A stretch of DNA of 50,890 bases from Chitinophagaceae bacterium (GTDB lineage Bacteria; Bacteroidota; Bacteroidia; Chitinophagales; Chitinophagaceae): NCBI GenBank assembly GCA_947456055.1, contig CANGSR010000001.1, positions 1-50,890 of the forward strand, written 5' to 3'. Positions 1 to 10,357 of the stretch are shown here, piece after piece. The notes beneath the pieces are model-generated. The model saw only the letters and a program-made list of their open reading frames with translations, searched no databases and was not told where the DNA came from. Within the stretch, counting starts at the first letter, position 1. Each line of letters opens with the position of its first letter. The position numbers were made by a program, and so were the translations under genes.

Positions 1-3000
1 ATCAGGGCCGTACCTGCTGTTACACCCGTTATTGCTCCTGTAGTTGGGGCAACAGATACCAGGCCACTGGCACTTGTCCATGTACCTCCTGTCACTGCAT
101 CGGTTAATGTAATTGACTGGCCTTCGCAAACACTAACTGCGCCCAGAATTGGAGCAAGGGGATTTACACTCACTACCTTGATTGCTTTACAACCGGTAGG
201 CATTGTATATGCAATAATAGCACCTACATTTCCGGTAACACCTGTAACTACTCCTGTACTAGCTCCTATTGTTGCAGTCGATGGTGCACCACTGCTCCAT
301 ACACCTCCTGGTGTTGCGTCGCTCAAGGTCATTGATTGTGCAACACATACTGTTGAAGGCCCCGTAATCACTGATAATGGATTAACAGTAAGGCTTGCAG
401 TAGCAATACAGCCTGTAGGTAAGGTATATGATATAACCGTTGTGCCTGCCGAGATACCTGAAACTATACCAACTGTTGGTGTTGTAAAATCAGCCAGTGC
501 CGTTGATGAGGTTGACCAGGTACCCCCCGGATTAACATTTAACAATGTTGATGTCTGGCCCACACAAACACTGGTAGGGCCTGTTATCACATTCAAAGGA
601 TTTACAGTAATTACTGCAGTAGTATTACAGCCTGTACAGAAAGTATAGGTAACCGTAGATGTGTGGCCACCTGCTACACCAGTAACAATCCCGGTGTTAA
701 GTCCTATAGTTGCAGATGTTGTTGAACTACTGCTCCAGGTACCATGACCTATTGAATTATTTAATAACATCACCCTCCCAACGCAAACTGTGGATGGGCC
801 TGTAATTGGGGCAACCGGATTAACTATTACTGAATTTGTTGTAATACAACCTGCCGGGGTAGTATAGGTAATATTATCTATACCTGCACTTACACCCGTC
901 ACAACTCCTGCTGAATTTATGGTAGCAATAGTAGGTGTTGCACTGGCCCAGGTACCTCCAAGAACCGAATCAAGCAAAGTAGTGGTTAAGCCCTGGCAAA
1001 CATTTAACACACCAGTTATAGGCATGCGTGGGTTAACTGTAATTGTGGTAGTTGTCTGGCAACCTGTTCCTAAAGTATACGAAAGCTGTACATTAAATGG
1101 AGCCTTGATACCCGTTACAATACCATCACCAATACCTATTGATGCCTGGGTTGGGGTAAGGCTATACCAGTTACCACCCTGGGTAACCTCGCTCATTGTA
1201 ATAGTTTGCCCAACACATACACTGGATGGGCCGGTTATAGGCGTTAAAATCTTTACTGTAACTGATGTTGTTGATAAACAACCACCAGGTAATAAATAGG
1301 ATACAATAGTTGTACCGGGGGCAACACCGGTAACTACACCTGAACTTGCATTAATAGTTGCATAAGTTGTTGTGGCTGTACTCCAGACACCACCTGATAC
1401 CGCATCAGTAAGCGGTAGTGTTTGTGCAACACATACCGTATTTGATCCAAGTACCGATATAGGAGCCAATGGATTAACGCTTACAGTGAAAAATGAGCGA
1501 CATACACCACCCATTGTATAAGTAATTGTTGTGCTGCCATATCCCGAAGACGTACCTGTAACCAATCCAGTGGTTGATACTACCGATGCTACAGTCGGTG
1601 CATTACTGCTCCAAGTTCCACCAATACCGGCATTTGTCAATTGGATGGTTTTACCCAAACATACACTTGCTGGGCCAGATATTACTGGAGGTGTAGGAAC
1701 TACATTTATTGTATGAGTAAGGAAACAACCAGTTGATGTTGTATTGGTAATAATTGCAGAACCCGCTGTTACACCTGTTACCACACCGGTACCCGCACCA
1801 ACGGTTGCCACCGATGGATTGCTACTACCATAAAAACCAGCACCACCTGATACTATAAGCACTGTAATAGAACCTAGGCAATTGGTATTTGGACCGATAA
1901 TTTCAGGAATTAATACTGTAACACCTGCCTGCGGTCCCCAGCAACCTGATGGAGACCTTGACCGGAAATAATAAGTACCCGATTTTGTAATTGTTTGTGT
2001 AGTTGCTGAAGATGCAATAGATGTACCATTAGAAGTAGTACCCTGGAAATAGATGGTTCCACCTGCTCCACCTGAAGCTGAAATTGTGGTACTGGTACAA
2101 AATGTTCCGCCTCCACTTACTGTTACTATTGCCGGATTATCTGTAACTTTTACAGTGGTCATGGATTTACAACTCGTACCAAATGAATAAGTTAAGATGG
2201 CCGTTCCTGCAGCCTGTCCGTAGACTATACCCGTTATAGGCACGACCGTCGCTATTAATGCATCACTCGTACTCCATGTTCCACCAAGGGTCGGATTATG
2301 TAATGTGGTAGACATGCCAATACAAACACTGTCTGGCCCATAATTGGCACCTAATGAAATTACTGTAACACCAGTAGTTATTTGGCAGCCAGGGCCGAAT
2401 GTATATGTCATTAATGAATTACCCGGTACAATACCTGTAACCACACCTGATGTCGAATTTATGGTTGCAACTGATGGAGTAGTACTAATCCATGTACCTC
2501 CAGGTATCGCATTAGACAAAGTTGTTGTTAAACCAGTACACACCTGGGGCAATCCTGTATTTGGGGTTAGTTGTATTACTGTAACAGTAGTGGTTGCAAA
2601 ACAACCAGTACCAACTGTATAGGTGATAATTGTGGTACCGGCTGTAAGCCCTTTTACCACACCCTGGCTACAGTTTATTGAAGCCACACCTGTATTACTG
2701 GTTCCCCACAGTCCGCCGGGGGTAGAATTAATCAATGTTGTTGTAGAACCTACGCATACCGTATTTTGTCCGGTAGTAATTGGTGCATTTACACTTACTA
2801 CTGCATAATCCCTTCCACCGGAATTCAAAGCAAATGTAATCATAGTTGTACCTACACTAACGCCAGTTACCACACCAGATGTGGAACCTATGGTTGCTAC
2901 TGCAGGGTTACCACTACTCCAGAAACCTCCACCTCCCGTGATGTCACCAAGGGCAATTGTGGTTGCAACACACATACTGGTAGATCCTACAATCTGCGCC

Positions 3001-3065
3001 TGGGATTGCCTTGTACCTGCAATGCATAATAATGAAACTAAAAAGAGGAAAAGTTTGTTTTTCAT
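1..3065 (-). CDS. Large secreted Ig-like (Big_2-type) repeat protein, 3' end outside the window (>1020 aa)
   Basis: Absent from the ORF track because it runs off the edge. ATG at 3065 gives MKNKLFLFLVSLLCIAGTRQSQAQIVGSTSMCV (signal peptide). About 13 repeats of ~73 aa with consensus 'C.G....L......G.W.S....VA.V....G.VTGV..G...I.Y', plus one different domain near 1915-2130. The + strand ORFs here are antisense shadows. Confidence 0.9.
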   Translation of the reverse strand, partial: MKNKLFLFLVSLLCIAGTRQSQAQIVGSTSMCVATTIALGDITGGGGFWSSGNPAVATIGSTSGVVTGVSVGTTMITFALNSGGRDYAVVSVNAPITTGQNTVCVGSTTTLINSTPGGLWGTSNTGVASINCSQGVVKGLTAGTTIITYTVGTGCFATTTVTVIQLTPNTGLPQVCTGLTTTLSNAIPGGTWISTTPSVATINSTSGVVTGIVPGNSLMTYTFGPGCQITTGVTVISLGANYGPDSVCIGMSTTLHNPTLGGTWSTSDALIATVVPITGIVYGQAAGTAILTYSFGTSCKSMTTVKVTDNPAIVTVSGGGTFCTSTTISASGGAGGTIYFQGTTSNGTSIASSATTQTITKSGTYYFRSRSPSGCWGPQAGVTVLIPEIIGPNTNCLGSITVLIVSGGAGFYGSSNPSVATVGAGTGVVTGVTAGSAIITNTTSTGCFLTHTINVVPTPPVISGPASVCLGKTIQLTNAGIGGTWSSNAPTVASVVSTTGLVTGTSSGYGSTTITYTMGGVCRSFFTVSVNPLAPISVLGSNTVCVAQTLPLTDAVSGGVWSTATTTYATINASSGVVTGVAPGTTIVSYLLPGGCLSTTSVTVKILTPITGPSSVCVGQTITMSEVTQGGNWYSLTPTQASIGIGDGIVTGIKAPFNVQLSYTLGTGCQTTTTITVNPRMPITGVLNVCQGLTTTLLDSVLGGTWASATPTIATINSAGVVTGVSAGIDNITYTTPAGCITTNSVIVNPVAPITGPSTVCVGRVMLLNNSIGHGTWSSSSTTSATIGLNTGIVTGVAGGHTSTVTYTFCTGCNTTAVITVNPLNVITGPTSVCVGQTSTLLNVNPGGTWSTSSTALADFTTPTVGIVSGISAGTTVISYTLPTGCIATASLTVNPLSVITGPSTVCVAQSMTLSDATPGGVWSSGAPSTATIGASTGVVTGVTGNVGAIIAYTMPTGCKAIKVVSVNPLAPILGAVSVCEGQSITLTDAVTGGTWTSASGLVSVAPTTGAITGVTAGTAL

Positions 3066-3458
3066 AATCTAAGCGTTTGTTTAAAATAATTAATATTCGT
3101 GAGGTAATTATAATTCTGAACTCGAAATTTGATAAGGAATAATTAGAATAAAGGCTCTAGAATATAGTAGCCAACTACGGCTATTAACAGAAGCAACAAA
3201 TTTAACAATTAATTTGAGATTTAACTGAAAATCCTACAATAATATTCTATGACCAGATTGTTACCAATTTTCACCGAAAATAAGTAAAGCCAACCCAACA
3301 AGCTGTATATCAAGCCTAATTTACTAAATGAATCTCACAATGCATAACAGATTATTCCGATTGGTTTATTAATGAACAAAGCGACACCACAAATAGCATT
3401 CTATTTTTTTACAATACCACACCAGCCATTTCTATTTTTACCATACCATTTCCCGCTC

Positions 3459-3501
3459 TGACGATAATCATAATTTGACTGTGCCATAAAAAATAGTTTT
3501 G
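3459..3501 (+). promoter_or_regulatory. Bacteroidota promoter (TTTG 3474-3477; TAGTTTTG 3494-3501) with upstream TGAC-GATA-ATCA site
   Basis: Matches the TTTG/TAnnTTTG consensus, with a somewhat short spacer; palindromic site at 3459-3470. Confidence 0.55.
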
Positions 3502-3517
3502 TGTAAAGTATTAGAAA

Positions 3518-5536
3518 ATGGCATACAAATATAGAAACTTAAACATAAGCAAGATATCCGTTATAGGTGCTGGCCAAATTGGCCCCGACATTGCCCTTCA
3601 TTTTGCTAAATCTCAATGCGCTTTTGGTGTAACCGTTATTGTAATTGATATTTCACCCACAGCTTTGGAAAAAGCACATGCTAAGGTTTACAAAAAAATA
3701 CAGAAAGGCCTGGAAACTGGTGCTTTTAAACCTGAACAGGCAGAAAATATCAAGAACGCTTTGGTGTTTTCTGCAGATTACCAGAATGTAATAGGCTCTC
3801 AAATAGTAGTGGAAGCCGCTACTGAGGATGAAAACATTAAAGACATCATCTTCCGCCAGGTAGAAGGGCTGACAGATGACGAATGTGTCTATCTGTCTAA
3901 TTCTTCACACATGCAACCCGAGGTGATATTTAGGAATATCAAGCTCAAACATCGTTGTGCTGTAGCACACTATTTCTTTCCTGCCGAAATTAACCCTGTT
4001 GTTGAAATCGTGCCTGGAACAGAAACCGCTACGGATACTGCCAACTTATTATTAGGTTTCTATGAGTCCATAGGTAAGATCCCTATCCTGGTAAAAAGCT
4101 CCTATGGTTATGCCATCGACCCAATTTTTGAAGGCATCTGCCAAACAGCAATTATGTGCCTGGAAAATGGATGGGGCAATGAAAAAGAAATTGATGCCGC
4201 AGCAGTTAAAGCCCTGGGGCTGGGAGTAGGTCCTTTCACTGCACTCAACCTCACTGGTGGCAACCCTATTACAGCCCATGGACTTGATGAAATGGGCAAA
4301 CTGGTAATGCCCTGGTTCCGCACTCCAAAAGCTCTGAAAGAGAAAAACGAGCAAAAGGCGGCCTGGAACACTGCCCAAAGGGACGAAAAGGTAGAGTTAT
4401 CGCCTGAAAAAGAAACCCAACTGGTTAATGAATTCAGGGGTGCCTATTTTGCACTGGCTACCTATATCTTGGATATTGGCATAGTAGATATCAATGACCT
4501 CAATATGGCTTGCGAACTATCGCTGGTGATAAAGGCGCCATTTACCTATATGAATAATTTTGGCATTGCCAAAGCCTACGATTTAGCAAAACAATTTTGC
4601 GCGTCCCACCCTTCCTTTCCATTCCCTCAAGTTTTGGAAAATGCAAAAAATGAAGGTGGCTGGAAACTGCAGGACATTATCTCAACCACTCACAATGATG
4701 TGCAGGTAATTACTATTAGAAGACCCAAAGTACTTAATGCCCTAAATCTGGAAGTGTTGGGACAAATAAGGCAAAATATGGAGGCCTTAAAGACAAATGA
4801 TGCTATAAAAGCGGTAGTGATTACCGGTTTTGGCACCAAAGCATTTGTTTCAGGAGCCGATTTGAATATGCTTATGGCACTAAAAACACCGGCAGAAGGA
4901 TACGATAATTCTCACACCTTCCAGGCAGAGTTGAACTATGTAGAAAATTACCCTAAACCTGTGGTATGTGCCATCAATGGCTTTGCGTTCGGCGGGGGTA
5001 ATGAATTAGCTATGTCGTGCACGGCAAGGATTTGCAAAAAAGGCTTACCCGTACTAGCCTGCCAGCCCGAAGTAAACCTTGGCTTTATACCCGGTGGTGG
5101 TGGCACCCAAAGACTACCACGATTAGTAGGTGCCGATAGGGCCGCAGAAATATTGCGCACAGGCCGCACCGTTTCAGGCAAGGAAGCACTCGCAATTGGA
5201 CTGGTTAACCAAGAAACCGATGGCGACCTGATAACCCATGCAATAGAATATGCCCGGCAAATAGCCAATGGTGAAAATGTTCCTCCCAAATTGGATAAAG
5301 GCCCAATAGCGAATATTGGAACACCCCGGGAAGTAGAAATAGGCCACCTAAGCAAGAAAATTGACGCCATCATCACCAAATCAATTTATGATGGCCTCGG
5401 CATGACCCTTGAAGCCGGCCTCGACCTGGAATCCCGAATGTTTGGCGAATGCCTGCTCACTGCCGATATGAAAATAGGCCTTGACAATTTCAAAACCAAC
5501 GGACCAAAGGCAAAGGCTGTGTTTATACATGAATAA
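3518..5536 (+). CDS. Bifunctional 3-hydroxyacyl-CoA dehydrogenase (N-terminal) / enoyl-CoA hydratase (C-terminal)
   Basis: Rossmann VIGAGQIG, VEAATED, AHYFFP in the HAD part; crotonase motifs AFVSGAD, AFGGGNELAM, QPEVNLGFIPGGGGTQRLPRLVG. Confidence 0.92.
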   Translation: MAYKYRNLNISKISVIGAGQIGPDIALHFAKSQCAFGVTVIVIDISPTALEKAHAKVYKKIQKGLETGAFKPEQAENIKNALVFSADYQNVIGSQIVVEAATEDENIKDIIFRQVEGLTDDECVYLSNSSHMQPEVIFRNIKLKHRCAVAHYFFPAEINPVVEIVPGTETATDTANLLLGFYESIGKIPILVKSSYGYAIDPIFEGICQTAIMCLENGWGNEKEIDAAAVKALGLGVGPFTALNLTGGNPITAHGLDEMGKLVMPWFRTPKALKEKNEQKAAWNTAQRDEKVELSPEKETQLVNEFRGAYFALATYILDIGIVDINDLNMACELSLVIKAPFTYMNNFGIAKAYDLAKQFCASHPSFPFPQVLENAKNEGGWKLQDIISTTHNDVQVITIRRPKVLNALNLEVLGQIRQNMEALKTNDAIKAVVITGFGTKAFVSGADLNMLMALKTPAEGYDNSHTFQAELNYVENYPKPVVCAINGFAFGGGNELAMSCTARICKKGLPVLACQPEVNLGFIPGGGGTQRLPRLVGADRAAEILRTGRTVSGKEALAIGLVNQETDGDLITHAIEYARQIANGENVPPKLDKGPIANIGTPREVEIGHLSKKIDAIITKSIYDGLGMTLEAGLDLESRMFGECLLTADMKIGLDNFKTNGPKAKAVFIHE

Positions 5537-5588
5537 GTTAAATTATATGCCAAAATACTAGGTACTATTTAATGTGCCTAATACATTA

Positions 5589-6467
5589 CTACAAGGTATC
5601 AACAGCAGCAATGATTTTATTTATATCGAAAATTTCCTCTTCATTGTTGTAGGGAAATTCGGTTTCGGGGCCATTGGTATTGTATTTCGACAAGATGGAA
5701 TTTCTAAGTTCCGGTTCAAGGGTTGGAGCATTAGCTATGATATTGGTGTGAAGGTCGTAGCCAAATTGGGAGGGTACATTGGCTATCCAGCATACTACTG
5801 ATTGCAGGCCAAGGGCTGCGGCTGTGTGCTGGGCAAAACTATCTATAAACAAACGCTTTTTGCTCATGGCTATTAATACCGCCAACTGCCTGAACCCTGC
5901 CTCTACTGGGTACACATTCTGCAATGTGGGCTGGTCTTTGCGGCGTATATGCACCACATTATAGGTTTGGCAGTAATGGTCAACAATTTTTTGGGCTGTA
6001 GCCATTGGCAGGTCACGGGGCCAGGAATATTTATCGGTTTGATTGGGCATGCCGCCTAATGTCTGTATCACCATTATGGGTTTGGGTGATTCAAACATTT
6101 TTGAATGCGATGTTTTTTCCTTGTGGCTGATAAAAAGCTCAGGCATTTCGTTATTCCAGGTGATGCCATTCATTTCGCTCCATACTTTGTTGAGGTGGCC
6201 ATTGCGGTGTATAAAATTGGTATGGATATAGGGCTCCTGCATAAAAAACAGGGTATCGGGTTGGCCTTCTATATGGTCACGGTAGAAATAATTGAGTTCA
6301 TTATGGCGGTTTATCTGGTACACTTTACGGTTACCTTCAAACACCTCGGGATACCCTGTTATGACTATTAACTTACTATCCGGGTATTGTTTTTTGATAG
6401 CTGCCACTACAGCAGTCGCTGCTACGCTCTTACCTATACCTCCGTCTATCTTGAATATTATTTTCAT
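5589..6467 (-). CDS. GT-B fold glycosyltransferase, GT9/heptosyltransferase-like
   Basis: N-terminal 'GGIGK..A..V..AIKKQYPDSKLIV' and C-terminal 'IDSFAQHTAAALG' resemble the GT9 'GD...' and 'DSG..H.AAA.G' motifs. Confidence 0.7.
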   Translation of the reverse strand: MKIIFKIDGGIGKSVAATAVVAAIKKQYPDSKLIVITGYPEVFEGNRKVYQINRHNELNYFYRDHIEGQPDTLFFMQEPYIHTNFIHRNGHLNKVWSEMNGITWNNEMPELFISHKEKTSHSKMFESPKPIMVIQTLGGMPNQTDKYSWPRDLPMATAQKIVDHYCQTYNVVHIRRKDQPTLQNVYPVEAGFRQLAVLIAMSKKRLFIDSFAQHTAAALGLQSVVCWIANVPSQFGYDLHTNIIANAPTLEPELRNSILSKYNTNGPETEFPYNNEEEIFDINKIIAAVDTL

Positions 6468-6543
6468 TTAGGTTTTTATTTTTAGGGGATAATTTATATT
6501 GATTATGGTACGCATGCGGACAATTGCGCTAGTTAGAACCTTC

Positions 6544-6579
6544 AAAAAAACTGGTTGAAGTAGACGCTTCAACCAGTTT
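6544..6579 (-). terminator. Intrinsic terminator after the NHL-T9SS gene
   Basis: AAACTGGTTGAAG-6nt-CTTCAACCAGTTT hairpin running into a T-tract on the minus strand. Confidence 0.65.
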
Positions 6580-6603
6580 ACTCTATTTTTTTAATACTTC
6601 TTT

Positions 6604-8190
6604 TTACTCCTTCACCAGCCTCTGTACATTTACCCCATCAGCCTTTACCGCATAGATACCCGTTGGCAGGTTGGCAATATACAGTTCTGCATTCCCATTT
6701 ACTAAAGTACATTTTGCTACGTCTATACCCAGCATATTACTGATGCTTATAGTGGTTGCTGATGTATTGCCCGTAATGGTAAGTGTGGTATGGGCAGGGT
6801 TAGGGTAGATTTGCAGATTATTTGCCTTTGTATTACATGGAATAGCGAGACTACCATCATATACTATATGGCCAGTGCTGGTGGTACTATCCCAACAACC
6901 ATAACTGGTGGGAACTACCTTTGCAGTAATGGTATCTATGCCTGCCCCCTTGGTATAGATGACCGATGGTATAGATGTGGTACTAAATACCGTGCCATGG
7001 TTCATCCACTCTACGGTATAGCTACTGCCAGCATTGGCTATAGTGGCAGTAATGGTTACACTCGCACCGGGCATTGCACCTGTGGTGCCACTAATGCTGA
7101 TAGTGGGTGTTGTGAGGATGGGTGGATAGGTAACTTTACGGACTCTTTGATTTTGTAGATCCCCAATTAAAAGATTACCGCAAATGTCAAATTTAATATC
7201 CCAAGGTTGATACAACTCAGAAGCTGTTGCTGCAATACCATCAACAGAAAACCCTCCTATTCCATTACCAGCCAATGTAGTAACCGTACCAGATGAATTA
7301 ATTCGGACTACTTTATCATTATGAGGATCAACATAACACAAATTGAAATACTTATCGAATATCACTGCCTGTGGCCACATACCACATGCAGTTGCCGCGG
7401 TTCCATCACCTGAATAGGCAAGAACTCCATTACCTGCTATTGTATTAATTGTATTACTTGTAATGTCTAATTTTCTTATTCTGGAATTTGCTCTATCTGC
7501 AAAATACAAATTACCAAATGTATCACAAATCAGACCTTCTGCAATATTAATTTCTGCATCAGTAGCAGGACCACCATCGCCTAAGAATCCAGCAATCCCA
7601 TTACCTACAACAGTAGTTATAATATTAAATGTATCTACCTTTCTGATTCTATAATTTGTAACATCCATAATATACAAATTTCCAATCGCATCATATGCAA
7701 GATGACCGGGATTATGGAATGAAGCATTAGTTGCGAAATCGCCATCACCAACAAATCCAACACCACCATTTCCAGCAATAGTGGTAATAATACCTGTTGA
7801 CATATCTATTTGTCTAATCCGATTATTTGCCCCATCATCAAATACTAAGTTACCTCTCTTGTCAAACAATATCGATACTACATTATTAATTTTAGCATTT
7901 GTTGCTGGTATATTATCCCCATTATAGCCAGAAACACCAGTACCAGCTATAGTATGTATAATCCCCATATCATCTACCATCCTAATTCTATGGTTAAATC
8001 CATCATTGATATACAAATGCCCATTAGAATCAAATGCCAATTCCCCAGGTTGGGATAATTTCGAATTTGTAGCTGGTATTCCATCTGCATTATATCCTGC
8101 TACACCTGTACCAGCTATTGTTGAAATAATCTGGGAATTACCAACATTTCCACATAAAATAAATAATAACGCAATTACAAAACACTTCAT
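6604..8190 (-). CDS. NHL-repeat beta-propeller protein with Ig-like domain and T9SS C-terminal sorting domain
   Basis: Likely start MKCFVIALLF at 8190 (signal peptide). Six 'I.T.AG.G..G..GD..AT.A....P..L..D..GNLY' blades; C-terminal 'LQIYPNPA...LPTGIY...LVKE'. Confidence 0.9.
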   Translation of the reverse strand: MKCFVIALLFILCGNVGNSQIISTIAGTGVAGYNADGIPATNSKLSQPGELAFDSNGHLYINDGFNHRIRMVDDMGIIHTIAGTGVSGYNGDNIPATNAKINNVVSILFDKRGNLVFDDGANNRIRQIDMSTGIITTIAGNGGVGFVGDGDFATNASFHNPGHLAYDAIGNLYIMDVTNYRIRKVDTFNIITTVVGNGIAGFLGDGGPATDAEINIAEGLICDTFGNLYFADRANSRIRKLDITSNTINTIAGNGVLAYSGDGTAATACGMWPQAVIFDKYFNLCYVDPHNDKVVRINSSGTVTTLAGNGIGGFSVDGIAATASELYQPWDIKFDICGNLLIGDLQNQRVRKVTYPPILTTPTISISGTTGAMPGASVTITATIANAGSSYTVEWMNHGTVFSTTSIPSVIYTKGAGIDTITAKVVPTSYGCWDSTTSTGHIVYDGSLAIPCNTKANNLQIYPNPAHTTLTITGNTSATTISISNMLGIDVAKCTLVNGNAELYIANLPTGIYAVKADGVNVQRLVKE

Positions 8191-8200
8191 GTGAATATTA

Positions 8201-10357
8201 TTAAACAATGAACACCTGATTTCCAAGCCCTGTTGTTATATAATATAAAGTACCAACAGGTGGTAAAGGACCACCACCTGTCATGTTGCACATATTTTGT
8301 GCTACAAAGGTATTGGAGTGAAAAGCATTACCTAATACTGCAGTTACACCCTGCCCAAATATACCTGCATAGCTAAATCCCGCATCATTATTACCTGAAC
8401 CACCCAAGATCGCTGAACAACTACCAGAAACAGTATTATTAGTACCACCAAAAATAGATGAATGTGCTGTACCAGTACAAATCATATTACTTTGCCCACC
8501 ACCTATTACGGCATAAGATGAGGGTGTTGCATGTGGTGCAGAGTCGATACAATTTTGACTCCCACCACCAATAACCCCAAATATTGAACCATGCCCGGCC
8601 TGACCAATAGCATTTAAGTTACCGCCGCTTATAAAACTACAATCGGAACCAGTGAAAATATTATTACTATTACCACCACCTATAAATGATGAAATCCCAG
8701 CATTCATATTGCCACTGCCTCCAAAAATAGTAGCACAGTTGGCCCCGGCACATATAAGATTATTATACCCTCCTCCAATCAAACTATAACAAATATTTGA
8801 TGTAACTGTGCTATCTATACAATTATTTTGACCTCCACCGATAGAAACAAAGGCAACGCAACCTCCCGTTCCTGATCCAATTATATTTAATTCGCCACCA
8901 ATAATAATATTTCCACAACCCCTATTTTTTATTTCATTTTGTTTACCACTACCAATAAAGCTACATTCTGAGTTTAATATGATACTATTTGAATAACCAT
9001 TACCAATAAATGAATTATGTCCATTATTAACATTTAAACATCCATTTCCAATAAATGAAAATTCGTCAGAAATATTATTCGAATCACCACTACCTATAAA
9101 AGAAGATGCACCGAATGCTCTGCCATTGGCGCCTGCACCAATAAATGAACCATTGGTGGCACAATGACTATAACCACCTATTATTACACTATCACAAGCA
9201 ACATTAGCACCACCAGCACCAATAAACGAACCATTTCCTGCAACACAATTACCAGATCCAGCTCCAATTAAACTGCAATTGCCATGATTGCAATTATAAA
9301 TCCCAGCAACAATAGCACTGCCATGGGTATTATCGCATATCGTATTAGTTTCCCCACCACCAATGAAGCCTGATAAAGCAGGTGAGATAACACTAGAGTC
9401 GATGGTGTTTAAATAACCACCTCCAATAAAACTATGCTGTGCATATTTCTGGATAATGTTGGTATCTCCGCCACCAACGAAGGAATGGGTACCACCTGCT
9501 GTATTCGAAGTGCCCCCAACAACAGATGATGAAGCACCGAAAATGTTGTTGCCACATCCACCACCAATAAATGTATTATGAGCTATATTAGTTGAGCCGT
9601 CATCACAAATTAAATTATCACCTCCACCAACTATTGACGCATTCCAAACTGCATGAGGAATAATGCTGGTTGTAATTGTATTAGATGTACCTCCTCCAAT
9701 AAATGAGCATTTACCATCCAGATTATTATTATAACCTCCCACAATAGAAGATGTATCTGCATTTAGATTGCCTATTATATTCGAATTTCCGCCACCTATA
9801 AAATGATATAACCCGGTGAATACATTGCAATTACCACTGACTATTACTCCATTATCAGAATTTGTAATAATTGTATTATTTGTACCAGTAAGTATTGCAT
9901 TCCTGTTGGTGCCCTGGCAAATAATATTACCTGTACCACTTCCTATATATGAATAACATCCACAAACAGTATTTCCTATTCCAGCATTTATGAAAGAATA
10001 ATCGGCAGATATATGATGATTACAGCCATTTAGGATACTAGAAAAGTAACCTTCAACACAGTTGCCATGACCGTTAAAAATATTATCAAAACAACCTGAA
10101 ATACAATTACTTGTACCATTACCAATAGTATTGTAACAGCCATGTGCACCTCCAAATGTATTAATGGCATTTAAATCCCCCATTAATATTACTGAAACGT
10201 CGGCACTTACTGAATTACTATTTGTAAAGCTACCACCTAATATTGATGAGCAATTGCCTGATATGGTACCATTACCAGTACCACTGAATGCATCATAGCG
10301 TAATGTCTGGTATTGAGCTGGATCACAAAATAGATTATAACTTGAACTCCATGGCAT
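8201..10357 (-). CDS. Gly/Cys/Asn-rich tandem-repeat protein (SFIGGG..N.I units), YadA-head or phage-fibre-like beta-roll
   Basis: 718 aa ORF with dozens of ~14-20 aa '(S/A)(F/I)IGGG..N.I' units; no obvious signal peptide; stops 10 nt before the next gene's ATG. Confidence 0.75.
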   Translation of the reverse strand: MPWSSSYNLFCDPAQYQTLRYDAFSGTGNGTISGNCSSILGGSFTNSNSVSADVSVILMGDLNAINTFGGAHGCYNTIGNGTSNCISGCFDNIFNGHGNCVEGYFSSILNGCNHHISADYSFINAGIGNTVCGCYSYIGSGTGNIICQGTNRNAILTGTNNTIITNSDNGVIVSGNCNVFTGLYHFIGGGNSNIIGNLNADTSSIVGGYNNNLDGKCSFIGGGTSNTITTSIIPHAVWNASIVGGGDNLICDDGSTNIAHNTFIGGGCGNNIFGASSSVVGGTSNTAGGTHSFVGGGDTNIIQKYAQHSFIGGGYLNTIDSSVISPALSGFIGGGETNTICDNTHGSAIVAGIYNCNHGNCSLIGAGSGNCVAGNGSFIGAGGANVACDSVIIGGYSHCATNGSFIGAGANGRAFGASSFIGSGDSNNISDEFSFIGNGCLNVNNGHNSFIGNGYSNSIILNSECSFIGSGKQNEIKNRGCGNIIIGGELNIIGSGTGGCVAFVSIGGGQNNCIDSTVTSNICYSLIGGGYNNLICAGANCATIFGGSGNMNAGISSFIGGGNSNNIFTGSDCSFISGGNLNAIGQAGHGSIFGVIGGGSQNCIDSAPHATPSSYAVIGGGQSNMICTGTAHSSIFGGTNNTVSGSCSAILGGSGNNDAGFSYAGIFGQGVTAVLGNAFHSNTFVAQNMCNMTGGGPLPPVGTLYYITTGLGNQVFIV

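Noticed and set aside
178-3072. Val/Pro/Thr-rich + strand ORFs
   Set aside because: Antisense shadows of the repetitive minus-strand Ig-repeat gene.
8201-10357. Ice-nucleation protein or classical trimeric autotransporter
   Set aside because: It lacks the AGYGSTxTA 16-mer periodicity, a signal peptide and a C-terminal beta-barrel anchor.
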